From an uncultured bacterium (GTDB lineage: Bacteria; Bacillota; Clostridia; Lachnospirales; Lachnospiraceae): 64,000 nucleotides of DNA. Positions 9,548 through 19,461 of the stretch are shown here, in pieces (position 1 is the stretch's first letter; every line of letters begins with the position of its first letter). The notes below the pieces were generated by a model that ran no database searches, was not told the DNA's origin, and saw only the letters and a program-made list of their open reading frames with translations. The position numbers and the translations under genes are program-made. Where the stretch lies: NCBI GenBank assembly GCA_905214925.1, contig CAJMOB010000004.1:5829-69828 (forward strand), written 5' to 3'.

Positions 9548-10212
9548 TTAGCTTTTAAGACGAATAGACAAACCTACCATAAGAAAAACGTTGTATATTA
9601 TCATCAGGAAATTCTAAAATTAATTTAATTTTATCCGAAATATCAAAACATAACATTTAAGTATTCTCCTTTTTCTCCTCTTCTCGATATTCTTTTTTAT
9701 GCAGGATTTTGTTCGGATACTCTACAATCAGATATCCAAAAGAAAGTAGTAGACTTCTCTATTATAGACATATACATTATCATATTATATACTTCCAAAA
9801 CTAATTCCACCAAACAGAGTGTAACGATAAGAGGCCCCAAACACACTTTCTTCCCTTGTAATTCCACTGACACTCCCCCTTGTATCGTATTGGTAATCTA
9901 CTATCCAGATCACTTACTATTTTCTGCAGTAGAAATATAAGTATTTTATTTTTCTAATCATATTAGTTCATAATAACTCTTCATTATTTTCTTTTATAAA
10001 AGCTAAAAATTTATAAGCACTCTCTAAAGTTTTAACTTTATATTCATTAAATGTAATAGTCTCTTTCCATTCATTTTCTTCTTATGCTATATCAAAAAAA
10101 CATACCTCTATGCAATTTCTCTCTTTTAACTCAAATACTAGCCTTCTCAGATTCATTGATAGTAATGCAAATTCATATTTCTTTTTTTCTTTTAGTTCAA
10201 TAATTGCTTCAG

Positions 10213-11010
10213 TTTTACTTTTCTCTTTGTTAACTTTAAGCTTCAAGTCCTTTTCTATAAACTTCGTGATACTTTTCATAACTCGTTCTGCTGATTTCTT
10301 TGATTTCACGTACACATTGCAATCATCTGCATAACGGCGGAACTTAATCCCTCTTCTTTCTAATTCCATATCTAGTTCATGTAACATGATATTATTTAAT
10401 AGGGGAAATAAGTTCCACCTTGAGGCACTACTTCTACAGTAGCACTTACTATTCCCTTTTCCATCACTCCTCATTTAGATACTTACTTATCCGTCCGATT
10501 ACTCGTATATCCCTAATTCTTTATAAATCAGCCCAATTAACTTATCTTGGTTGACAGTATCAAAGTACGTTCTAAATCTATATCTACCGCCCATTTATAA
10601 TCTTTATCCATGTATTCTTTACATTTTAGAATTGCTTGATGTGCATTTCGATTTGGTCTAAATCCATACTATTTTCTAAAAATTTCTTCTCAAAGATTGG
10701 GGTTAGTACTTGTAATACTGCATGTTGTATCACTCGATCTACTACAATTGGTATCCCTAATGCTCTTGTTTTCCTATTATCCTTTGGTATTATTGTGCGG
10801 TCCTTCCAAAAGGTCATCGACTACCTCCGGTACTATAACCTCTGCTGACTTCTTAACGTTCATCCATACATCGCTGTATGGGTTGTTGCTTCAAAGTTCA
10901 TTTCCACAACTTATCGCTAAGACCTCCCCAGGCAAGAACGCAATCCTCCTCTCCATCTATCCACCGCATTTACATGAAATGATTTCAAGTAGTTATTGAA
11001 CTTTAACCCA
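10213..11010 (-). pseudogene. Group-II-intron-type reverse transcriptase, frameshifted and truncated at both ends
   Basis: Track ORFs 10626-10817 (IPKDNRKTRALGIPIVVDRVIQHAVLQVL) and 10082-10474 (..PQGG-like region.., LHELDMELERRGIKFRRYADDCNVYVKS, KLKVNKEKSK) carry RT motifs 1-2 and 5-7. The stretch between them reads FRPNRNAHQAI..WAVDIDLE..QDKL only across several frame changes and stops. Confidence 0.75.
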
Positions 11011-11033
11011 TTAGATTCCACACATGCTTGGGC

Positions 11034-11073
11034 AAAAAAAGGAGGAGAAACACGTCATCAGTGTTTCTCCTCC
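11034..11073 (-). terminator. Intrinsic terminator of the MBL-fold gene / GH2 operon
   Basis: Stem GGAGGAGAAACAC (11041-11053) / GTGTTTCTCCTCC (11061-11073) with a 7-nt loop. A 7-U run follows on the minus strand (11040-11034). Confidence 0.85.
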
Positions 11074-11102
11074 TAGTATAATAACGGTGTGGTCATTCAA
11101 GA

Positions 11103-11939
11103 CTAATCTAAAACAATGGTTTCCAAATCGTCTGGCACATAAACATTTCCATGGAAATTTTCTTTTGCCTCTTTTGTATAGCGTTCTTTTCTCGTATTCA
11201 ATGTCTTATCCTCTGTATGGTATAAGACAAGATTTTTCACCATCAATTCACTGGCAAGTCTTCCAGCGTCTAAGGCTGTGCTATGGTGCTTTTCATATGG
11301 TTTAAATCGTTCCTTATCTTCATATAGGCAGAATGCCTCTGATAAAAGCCAATCACTCCCCATCACAACGGCATAACACGCAATATTAAATGGCTCATCC
11401 CCAAGACAAGTGATTACCTTTCCATTGCCAAGTTCCCCTCGAAATCCAAATTGTTTTGCTTTTGTGGATAAAATATCAAAGAAAAAGAGTTTCATATCCA
11501 TTTTCTGAATCTCTATTTGCTCTCCATCCCTCACTTCTGTGATCAAAATACGTTGTCCGATATAACGCAATAACTTTGTTGTGAGCATCATCTCACAAAA
11601 AGTTTCTAACATCTTTTTTACAACATCATGACAATAAATAGTAAAGATTCCATCATAAGTATTGTTTTCCATCATAGAGGCGATTTTACGAATGACCCAA
11701 ATGGCACCTAATACATGATCCGTATGCCCATGGGTCACAAACATATCATGCAAATTTCTAATGTCCATATTCGCCTGCTCCATCTGACGTAAAATACCAT
11801 TGCCACCACCTGCATCCACTAAAAAATAATTTGTATTATATCTAATGGCAAAACACGTATTATAGCAATTTGTTACCATTGCGTTTCCAGTTCCTAGCAT
11901 CAGTAATTCATACTTTTTTTCTTCTGTCATTTTATCCAT
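11103..11939 (-). CDS. MBL-fold metallo-hydrolase
   Basis: HxHxDH motif (VTHGHTDHVLG). The start is uncertain. The track ORF begins at TTG 12020 with no RBS. ATGs at 11939 or 11930 give the typical MBL N-terminus ..YELLMLGTGNA. Confidence 0.75.
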   Translation of the reverse strand: MDKMTEEKKYELLMLGTGNAMVTNCYNTCFAIRYNTNYFLVDAGGGNGILRQMEQANMDIRNLHDMFVTHGHTDHVLGAIWVIRKIASMMENNTYDGIFTIYCHDVVKKMLETFCEMMLTTKLLRYIGQRILITEVRDGEQIEIQKMDMKLFFFDILSTKAKQFGFRGELGNGKVITCLGDEPFNIACYAVVMGSDWLLSEAFCLYEDKERFKPYEKHHSTALDAGRLASELMVKNLVLYHTEDKTLNTRKERYTKEAKENFHGNVYVPDDLETIVLD

Positions 11940-12044
11940 TCCATTGTTACTTACACTCTTAATAAGAAGTTTTATCCTTACACATGAAGTAACATTCCTT
12001 TCCTTATATTCTATATCCAATATAACATAAGGACTTCTCTTCGT

Positions 12045-14828
12045 CTATTCGTTCTCTTCTCTTTTTGTAACTAAAACGGTATTACAAATTCCGGCTTCTG
12101 GATACTCTGGATTTCCATTGTATACAATAACCGTGAGTTCATGAACCCCTTCTATATCATCTTCCAATGGGAAAATTATTTCCCCACCAAAGCTATCGGT
12201 TCGTTCTAGCACTTGTTGTCCATCAAGATAAATCCAAATATGCCCTTTTACGTCTGTGAAATACAGATTTCGTTCTGTATCCCTCTTTCCAAAATCATAG
12301 TGGGTTCGATACATCGCATATTTTCCTAGCTTTCCAGATAGTTCTGGTTGTGGTTGGTTTGTAAATATGACAGGTTCAAAACTGTTCATATCATTTCGCT
12401 TCGTTTTCATCGTGGCATCTGGCATCTCATCAAATAATTGATAATATAGTCCCCAACCTTCCACTATCTTTTCTTCAATCGGTTTTATATATGGAATTTC
12501 TGCCACTGTTTCAATTGAAATTTCCACTTGATCTTCCTGTAATCCATCTGCATGAATACGAACTTTAATCGGCTTTTCTTCTTTATGATTTGGCTTAACT
12601 AAAAATTGAGCCAGACCATGAAATGCCTTTCTATATGGTGCTACATCTGGTTCATGGGAATTGGGATCTCCATTTCCAACTCCAACAACGGTTCCATTTT
12701 CCACCTCTGCTTGTAATAGATCGCTGGCTGTTGGAACAACAATTCCGCTATTATCCACAACTTTTACATTTAAAATTGCTATTTCATGTCCACCACTCTT
12801 TAGGGTTCTTTGCACAGGTTCTATCATTATTCTCTCTTTTTTTCCTGCTGTTTTTTGTACATCTCTTGCTACAACAACTCCCTTTTGTAATCCTTCTGCT
12901 CTTAACGTTCCCTCTTCACATAAGAGTTCAAACGCGATTTGGTCATACTTATCTGGCATTCCAGAAAACACCAATTGTTCATTGGAATACACGTTTATTT
13001 CTTCACAATTTGTTGTAACCATGACCTTTACTTTTTTTCCTATGCACTCTGGATTTACCCAAGGGGATACTAAGTGGATCATCGGCTCTGTTTTCCAAAA
13101 TGCCTTATATAAATAGCAAGCATCTTTTTCAAATCCACAGCTATCATACGTTCCAAAAAAAGTGGATACACTCGGCCATTCAAATGGCGTTGGTTCTCCC
13201 CGATAGTCAAACCCTGTCCATACAAAACTTCCGGCTACATATGGTCGCTCATTGACATATCGCCAAGTATCTCTTACCTTTGTTCCCCAAAGGGCACATT
13301 GGCTATCGTAGTCATCAATAATATTCTCTTCTAATTTTGTTTCATATTCTCCACGCACCATAAAAGCACTGGCAGTTTCAGAACCCAAAAGTGGAATCTT
13401 TGGATATTTATTATGAAAATCATCATATCGCTTTGGATTATAGTTGATTCCAACGGCATCAAGAATGGTAGTTGCTCCTTCTTCTTCCATATATCCACCA
13501 TTAAAGGCACCGAGCACTGGTCTTGTGTCATCCATCTCTTTTATCACCGCTCTTAAATTCCCTGCCATACGATGTCCTTTTCTTGTTCCTTGTAATGGTT
13601 CTTCATTAAAAACAGAATACAGCACAACACAAGGATGATTTCTCGCATTTTTTACAATTCCTTTTACTTCTTCAAGAACATCTTTTGCGGAATTAAACGT
13701 GCGATTTTCTTCCATGACTAACATACCTTCTCTATCACAGATTTCTAAAATCGCTGGATCGGGATTATGTGCACATCGGTAAGCATTGGCTCCTAACTCT
13801 TTTAACTTTTTCACACGAAACTCTTGTAGATTATAAGAAACTGCCACACCAACGCCTGCATGGTCTTGATGATTACAAAAGCCTTTTAACTTAATATTTC
13901 TTCCATTTAACCAAAATCCTGTATCTGGCTCTAAGGCAATAGTTCGAAATCCTGTTTGATGTTTTTGATAATCTTGTACTTGACCATCATAGGATACTTC
14001 TGATACTACTTCATATAAATAAGGATGTTCGATATCCCAAAGTTTTGGATTGCTCACTGCAATCTGATTAGAAAGACTCGCCTTTTCATAGGCTTTGCTT
14101 TGGAGAATATCACGACAAGAACCGATCTCTATTCCATCTTTTGTATAGATCTTGTGAACGATTTGCACATTTTTTTCATATTCAAAACTGTTTTCCACCT
14201 CTGTTTGAATCGTAAGTAGCCAATCGTTATCCTTTTTCCTCTCTGGTTTTATAAAAATACCTTGATATCCAATATGAACCGCCGATTTTTTCACAAGCCA
14301 TACATTTCGATAAATACCAGCCCCCTCATACCACCAACCTTCCCAAGCAGAAGCATTGATCCGAATGGCAATGGTATTTGGTACAACTCCAAAGTTCGCC
14401 ACGTCCGTTATATCCACACAAAAGCTGTTATATCCAGAATACATTCTCTTTAAAATCATTCCATTTACATAAATTTGTGCATCGGCTGACATTCCTTCAA
14501 ACTCTAATACAATTTGTTTTTTCTTATCTTCTTCACCCAATCCAAATCTTAGGCGATACCAACCAGTTCCTCTTTCCTTATATCCTTGATTTGGGGATCC
14601 AGACTTTATAAAATCTTTTTTTGTCACCCAATCATGAGGTAATTCTACCACTTCCCAATCAGAGTCATCAAAGCTATTCTCTGCTGGGCCTCTCATAGCT
14701 CCCCCCTTTGCAAAACCATAAACATCATCATGATTTCTTCCTTCAGGAAGCACAGAAAAATCCTTTTCAATAAATTTCCATCCTCGATTTAAGCAGTATA
14801 CCCCTGATTGCTTTCCATACTGTTTCAT
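12045..14828 (-). CDS. GH2 beta-galactosidase (927 aa), paralog 1
   Basis: GH2 sugar-binding, Ig-like and TIM-barrel regions (GFCNHQDHAGVGVA, YRCAHNP, YSVFNEEP, LGSETASA, FVWTGFDYRGEP). Last catalytic gene of the AraC-controlled ABC locus. Confidence 0.85.
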   Translation of the reverse strand: MKQYGKQSGVYCLNRGWKFIEKDFSVLPEGRNHDDVYGFAKGGAMRGPAENSFDDSDWEVVELPHDWVTKKDFIKSGSPNQGYKERGTGWYRLRFGLGEEDKKKQIVLEFEGMSADAQIYVNGMILKRMYSGYNSFCVDITDVANFGVVPNTIAIRINASAWEGWWYEGAGIYRNVWLVKKSAVHIGYQGIFIKPERKKDNDWLLTIQTEVENSFEYEKNVQIVHKIYTKDGIEIGSCRDILQSKAYEKASLSNQIAVSNPKLWDIEHPYLYEVVSEVSYDGQVQDYQKHQTGFRTIALEPDTGFWLNGRNIKLKGFCNHQDHAGVGVAVSYNLQEFRVKKLKELGANAYRCAHNPDPAILEICDREGMLVMEENRTFNSAKDVLEEVKGIVKNARNHPCVVLYSVFNEEPLQGTRKGHRMAGNLRAVIKEMDDTRPVLGAFNGGYMEEEGATTILDAVGINYNPKRYDDFHNKYPKIPLLGSETASAFMVRGEYETKLEENIIDDYDSQCALWGTKVRDTWRYVNERPYVAGSFVWTGFDYRGEPTPFEWPSVSTFFGTYDSCGFEKDACYLYKAFWKTEPMIHLVSPWVNPECIGKKVKVMVTTNCEEINVYSNEQLVFSGMPDKYDQIAFELLCEEGTLRAEGLQKGVVVARDVQKTAGKKERIMIEPVQRTLKSGGHEIAILNVKVVDNSGIVVPTASDLLQAEVENGTVVGVGNGDPNSHEPDVAPYRKAFHGLAQFLVKPNHKEEKPIKVRIHADGLQEDQVEISIETVAEIPYIKPIEEKIVEGWGLYYQLFDEMPDATMKTKRNDMNSFEPVIFTNQPQPELSGKLGKYAMYRTHYDFGKRDTERNLYFTDVKGHIWIYLDGQQVLERTDSFGGEIIFPLEDDIEGVHELTVIVYNGNPEYPEAGICNTVLVTKREENE

Positions 14829-14882
14829 TTCACCTACTCCTTATCTATTCTTTTTTTATAAAACAAAATTCCTTTTGCAACA

Positions 14883-15692
14883 CTATTTCACCGCTCCTGT
14901 AATTCCTTCCGCAAAACTCTTTTGTAATACAAAAAATACAATCGCTGTTGGAATAGTCGTAATCAGTACTGCTAACATTAACATTCCATAATCTGTAACA
15001 TAGCCAGATGTCAGACTGGACAGCATCATTGGCATTGTCTGTGAATTGCCCTTGGTCATAATGACTTTTGGCCACAAATAATTGTTCCAAGCATTCATAA
15101 AGGTAATGGTGGTAGCAGCTGCATAGGTGGACTTCATCGTCGGCATGAACATTTTTATAAAGATTTGCCATTCATTTAATCCGTCAATTCTGGCTGCTTC
15201 AATAATTTCAAGCGGAAACGATTTTGCACACTGGCGAAACATCATAATTAAAAACGGAGTAGAGATCGATGGCAATAAAAATCCCAATGTTGAGTTTAAA
15301 AGATTTGCTTTTGAAAACATTTGGAATAATGGAACCATCAAAGAAACAAATGGCAACATCATTGTCATTAAAATAATTTTAAATAATAGATCTTTCCATT
15401 TATCGTGAAAGATTTCAAATGCGTATCCAGCAAGAGAACAAACCAATAAGGAAAGAACTGTTGTTAAAATCGCATACTTAAAGGAGTTTCCAAAAAATCT
15501 CCATACATCTTGTGTGGCTGTTAGATTGGCATAGTTCTCTAAAAATTTTGTTCCAAATGTCATCTTGCCCCCAACAATATCCACACTTTCATTTGTTGTA
15601 GCAATGATCATCCACACCAGTGGAAAAATAGATAGAACGGAAACTAAAATTAAAAATGTATAAGTAAAAAAATTCTCTCTTTTCTTAATCAC
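14883..15692 (-). CDS. Carbohydrate ABC transporter permease (CUT1, MalG-type)
   Basis: 269 aa, 6 TM, EAA loop IEAARIDGLNEWQIFIKMFMP. Confidence 0.85.
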   Translation of the reverse strand: MIKKRENFFTYTFLILVSVLSIFPLVWMIIATTNESVDIVGGKMTFGTKFLENYANLTATQDVWRFFGNSFKYAILTTVLSLLVCSLAGYAFEIFHDKWKDLLFKIILMTMMLPFVSLMVPLFQMFSKANLLNSTLGFLLPSISTPFLIMMFRQCAKSFPLEIIEAARIDGLNEWQIFIKMFMPTMKSTYAAATTITFMNAWNNYLWPKVIMTKGNSQTMPMMLSSLTSGYVTDYGMLMLAVLITTIPTAIVFFVLQKSFAEGITGAVK

Positions 15693-16557
15693 GTTTATCC
15701 CCCACTTTCATTTGCAATAATGCTAAAACAGCCACCATAATTAAAATGATAAAAGACATGGCTGATGTATATCCAAAGTTTGGAACTCCCTGAAATGCTT
15801 TATTATAAATATAATGTGACATGGAAATACTAGCATTGGCAGGTCCACCCATTGTCAAGTTAACGGATTCATCAAAGAGTTGCAACGTTCCATTAGTAGA
15901 CATAATAACAGTCAATAAAATAGTCGGTTTTAAAAGAGGCACTGTAATTCTAAAAAATGTTTGGAATAAATTCGCACCATCAATTCTAGCTGCCTCATAT
16001 ATGGAATATTCAATATTTTGCAATCCTGCTAAATAAAAGACCATATTATACCCCGTCCATCTCCAAATCAGTGCAATGATAATGACAATTCTAGCACTGG
16101 TTGGATGGGATAAGAAATTATATCCATGCTCTAAAATTCCCAGTTTCATTAAAACAGCGTTGATAAAACCATCTGTGGCAAATAGGGAACGGAAGATGAT
16201 AGCATAGGCTACAAGAGAAGTTGCACAAGGCAAAAAGATTGCCGTTCTAAATAGCCCTTTGAATTTCAAATTCGGTTTATTTAGTACAGAAGCTAATATC
16301 ATGCCTAAAATTAACATAATTGGCACTTGAATAATTAAATAAAGGAAACAGTTTTTAATGGATTGTCTGAATACTTTATCCTGAAAAATACGCATATAGT
16401 TGTGCAGTCCACACCACTGCATATTGATACCTGTACCAGTTTTAAAAGATAACATCAATGCCTGAATGGCAGGGTAAAAACTAAGACAGAGGATCAAAAT
16501 TACCCCCGGAGCTAAAAATAGCCATCCCATTATATTTTGTTTTTTTCTCAAATTCAT
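15685..16557 (-). CDS. Carbohydrate ABC transporter permease (CUT1, MalF-type)
   Basis: 290 aa, EAA loop YEAARIDGANLFQTFFRITVP. Overlaps the downstream permease by 8 nt. Confidence 0.85.
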   Translation of the reverse strand: MNLRKKQNIMGWLFLAPGVILILCLSFYPAIQALMLSFKTGTGINMQWCGLHNYMRIFQDKVFRQSIKNCFLYLIIQVPIMLILGMILASVLNKPNLKFKGLFRTAIFLPCATSLVAYAIIFRSLFATDGFINAVLMKLGILEHGYNFLSHPTSARIVIIIALIWRWTGYNMVFYLAGLQNIEYSIYEAARIDGANLFQTFFRITVPLLKPTILLTVIMSTNGTLQLFDESVNLTMGGPANASISMSHYIYNKAFQGVPNFGYTSAMSFIILIMVAVLALLQMKVGDKRD

Positions 16558-16632
16558 CCAAAAACTCCTTTCTCATCGTTTTTGAAAGGAAAAGGGGTCA
16601 TAGCATATATGCGATAACCCCTATTTCTATCA

Positions 16633-17952
16633 TTAATTTCCCATATTAAATGAAACAGTTTCTTCCGCTGTTTTTAATTCTGAGTCAATATCAGCACCTG
16701 CACAAACATTTGTAGCAGCAACAGCAATCGCATCATTGGCTTCTGTGTAATAAATACCAGTATTAAACACCGGTGTCTTTGTTGCAAATTCTGTGATCAA
16801 TTGGAAGACTGGCTCTCCACCATAAAATTCTTGTGGCTCTGCATAGACCGCACTTTCTCCTGCTGGAGTCCATGTTGCAATGGCACCAGAGCTTGGAAGA
16901 ATCGTATCGTACAATTCTTTACTTCCTGCAAATGTCTTATTTAAGAAATCAATTGCAAGCTCTGTATTTTTACAATTGCTTGTAATGCCCCATGTGGCTC
17001 CACCTTGACTTGCATAATTTGTCGCTGTTGAAATTCCTGGTAAAGCTGGCATATTCGTCACATTCCAAAGTCCAGACTGATCTTTTGCTGTTTCAACACT
17101 TGCCATAATCCAGCATCCGTTCATAGCACCGAGTGTCTTTCCACTGGTAAACGTACCGATATACTCATCCCAACTGTTTGTACGTGCCATAACACCTGTA
17201 TCCACTAACTCTTTATACACTTTGATACTTTCTTTTAAAATTTCATTATCCACAAAATATGGTGTTCCATCTTCTTTCCAAATGCTTCCACCGGCGGATT
17301 GTACCATCTGCATCAGAATATCAGCAGAGGCAGCTTGAGAAGAAAATAGAGAATATCCTGTTTTATCCAATACATCTTTTCCAATTTCAATAAAACGATC
17401 CCAAGTAATATCTGTTAAATCTTCTATTGTATATCCTGCCTGTTCTAAAATATCAGTTCTATACGCCGCAATTTCTGTTCCATTGTCAAATGGCACTCCA
17501 TAATTTTTACCATCTGCCACAGAGTTTGCAACTTTTCCTTCTGAAAATTGACTAAAATCAATTCCTGAATTTGTTAAATCTTGAAATAAATCTCCATATG
17601 TCATGATGTATTTTTGATATGCAAAATCCTGCATTAATAAAATATCAGGCAACTGGCTATAATCTCCAGATGATAAGATCGTTCCTAACTGAGTTTGCAT
17701 ATCATCCCATGATACCTCTACAATATTTAATTTAAAGTCTGGGTTTTCCTTTTGATAAATTTTTTCTGCCTCTTGCATGGCATAAATATTAAAAGCCTTA
17801 TCCCACGCCCATACGGTTAATATTTTATCTCCTCCATCAGAAGAACCGCCACTTGAGCTCTTTTCCCCGCTACCATCAGAGCTTTGACCACAAGCCACAA
17901 GAGAAATAACCATTGTTATTGTCAATAAAAATGCTATTATTTTCTTTTTCAT
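16633..17952 (-). CDS. Sugar ABC transporter substrate-binding lipoprotein
   Basis: 439 aa with signal peptide and lipobox (LVACGQ). Family-1 extracellular solute-binding fold. Confidence 0.85.
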   Translation of the reverse strand: MKKKIIAFLLTITMVISLVACGQSSDGSGEKSSSGGSSDGGDKILTVWAWDKAFNIYAMQEAEKIYQKENPDFKLNIVEVSWDDMQTQLGTILSSGDYSQLPDILLMQDFAYQKYIMTYGDLFQDLTNSGIDFSQFSEGKVANSVADGKNYGVPFDNGTEIAAYRTDILEQAGYTIEDLTDITWDRFIEIGKDVLDKTGYSLFSSQAASADILMQMVQSAGGSIWKEDGTPYFVDNEILKESIKVYKELVDTGVMARTNSWDEYIGTFTSGKTLGAMNGCWIMASVETAKDQSGLWNVTNMPALPGISTATNYASQGGATWGITSNCKNTELAIDFLNKTFAGSKELYDTILPSSGAIATWTPAGESAVYAEPQEFYGGEPVFQLITEFATKTPVFNTGIYYTEANDAIAVAATNVCAGADIDSELKTAEETVSFNMGN

Positions 17953-18112
17953 CTTATTTTCCTCCCTGATAATTTTTGCTAACCATCACAAAACCATTGT
18001 TTAATGTGCACATATATGAAATGGTTTTTATCGGATATATGTAAATTATATCAACACTTTCCCATATTTTGTGATCAGATACACTGAAAAAATGTGCATT
18101 TTCGATTCTTTT

Positions 18113-19027
18113 TCACCATCCTCTATATGCACTTATCCTATAATTTTTCAATTTTCCTTCATAATTTTGGGCAGATTTCTTCCATTGGTATGGAGAAATC
18201 CCTAATAATTTTTTAAAATTTCGATTAAATGTGGATATATTCTCAAATCCAATTTGATAAGAGATTTCTTTCATGGATTTTTCTGTCCACTTCATCAAAT
18301 TACAAGCATTTTGTATTCTCACTAAATGAATGAAATCTAACGGCTTCATATTCATATTCATTTCAAACACCTTTCGAAAATGACTTTCACTCATATTGCA
18401 GGCTTTTGCTAGATCTGATATATATAATAATTCATGATAGTGATCATTCACATAAGAAATGGCAGGTGTAATTAAACTTGTCTGCCCAAGACTTTCTTTT
18501 TCTCCCTCATTCATCCTGAGTATTTCAATAAGAAATGATTTTAACAAACCTTTCACACTTTCTTGATAAAAATATTTTTTCTCCAAACACTCCAATCGAA
18601 TTTGCTCTAATAATATTTTTAACCTTTGATTTTTCTTTTTTTCAATATAATGTGCCTTTAAAAAAATTCTTCTCTTGATATTGGATATTTCTCCACTCTG
18701 TTTTCCATCCATTTCTTGAATCACAGCTTCTACATCAAAATAAAACCATTCCCAATACGCCTTTGTTCCCTTTTTTGAATTTGTTGTATGTAAAAAATAG
18801 GGCGGAATCACAACAAGACTCCCCTCTTCAAAAGAATAGGTTTCTTGCCCTAGTATGATCTCTCCTTCTCCACCATAGCAAATCCCCACTTCTAAATAGT
18901 TATGAAAATGTAAACAATCAATGTCATTTCCATACTCCCGAATCCACTCTTTTCCAGTTAAAGCTAAGACGACTTCTTTTTCTGATATTTCATAATATCT
19001 ATATTGTGCTTTTTTCCTTTTTTTCAT
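18113..19027 (-). CDS. AraC-family transcriptional regulator (cupin sensor + HTH)
   Basis: The C-terminal AraC HTH pair is ..DLAKACNMSESHFRKVFE.. and ..ISYQIGFENISTFNRNFKKLLGISP.. Sits at the head of the ABC/GH2 locus. Confidence 0.85.
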   Translation of the reverse strand: MKKRKKAQYRYYEISEKEVVLALTGKEWIREYGNDIDCLHFHNYLEVGICYGGEGEIILGQETYSFEEGSLVVIPPYFLHTTNSKKGTKAYWEWFYFDVEAVIQEMDGKQSGEISNIKRRIFLKAHYIEKKKNQRLKILLEQIRLECLEKKYFYQESVKGLLKSFLIEILRMNEGEKESLGQTSLITPAISYVNDHYHELLYISDLAKACNMSESHFRKVFEMNMNMKPLDFIHLVRIQNACNLMKWTEKSMKEISYQIGFENISTFNRNFKKLLGISPYQWKKSAQNYEGKLKNYRISAYRGW

Positions 19028-19364
19028 AACATTCCTATTGCTGATTTCAGCATTTCCTTTCTTCCTATAACCCCTATCTTATTCCCTTAATAAACGATAA
19101 AAAATGCAAGGATAACAAAATATCCTTGCACTTATTATACATAAAATTTCAAATGATTATATCCATTTTATTCCATATATTACATTTTTCATATCTTCCT
19201 CTGATTCAAACCAAAGTTCAACCTTTTCTAATCGTCCAATTTTCTTCCAATTGTTTTAAGAATTTCTTGTTGGATTGTCGGACTGCTTATAATATGTATA
19301 AAATATCTAAAATGGAATAAAAAATAATAAAGTAACAATATGTCGATAAAAATTTTTTTCGTAT

Positions 19365-19418
19365 AGCAAAAAACGAGCTATCACAAGAAGTCTCTTCCTT
19401 CTTACGATAGCTCGTTTT
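19365..19418 (-). terminator. Intrinsic terminator after the 22969-19462 operon
   Basis: Stem acgagctatc / gatagctcgt with flanking A/T extension and a loop of about 23 nt. A U-run follows on the minus strand (complement of gcaaaaa). Confidence 0.6.
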
Positions 19419-19461
19419 CTATCTCTTATATTATTTTTTACTTAAATCGTATCCTATTTTA

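Noticed and set aside
10082-10474. The 130-aa track ORF, considered as an intact gene.
   Set aside because: It is a chimera. The first roughly 87 aa are the frameshifted RT motif 4-7 region, and the rest is unrelated sequence. Its start is an internal Met within a broken RT frame.
11008-11073. I considered a class-C group II intron inserted just after the intrinsic terminator. A GTGTGG at 11013-11008 lies 20 nt after the U-tract and looks like an intron 5' end.
   Set aside because: RT-like codons (..NNYLKSFHVNAVD..) start almost immediately at about 11000. There is no space for ribozyme domains I-III, so the GTGTG is most likely coincidental. I kept only the RT-pseudogene call.
12623-13116. 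Numerous 60-150-aa ORFs lie antisense to, or nested within, the large genes. Examples are 12623-13116, 21773-22387, 31668-32649, 35779-36232, 37379-37872, 61136-61768, 14845-15171, 26079-26306, 38266-38487 and 44382-44657.
   Set aside because: - They are fully contained in strongly supported genes with recognisable family motifs.
- Their translations are low-complexity (L/F/H/S-rich).
- They have no RBS.
- This is typical of shadow ORFs.
19064-19076. A TTCCTATAAC string upstream of the AraC gene resembles the right arm of the palindromic element.
   Set aside because: Only 10 nt match. There is no partner arm, no A-run and no conserved head, so it is probably chance.
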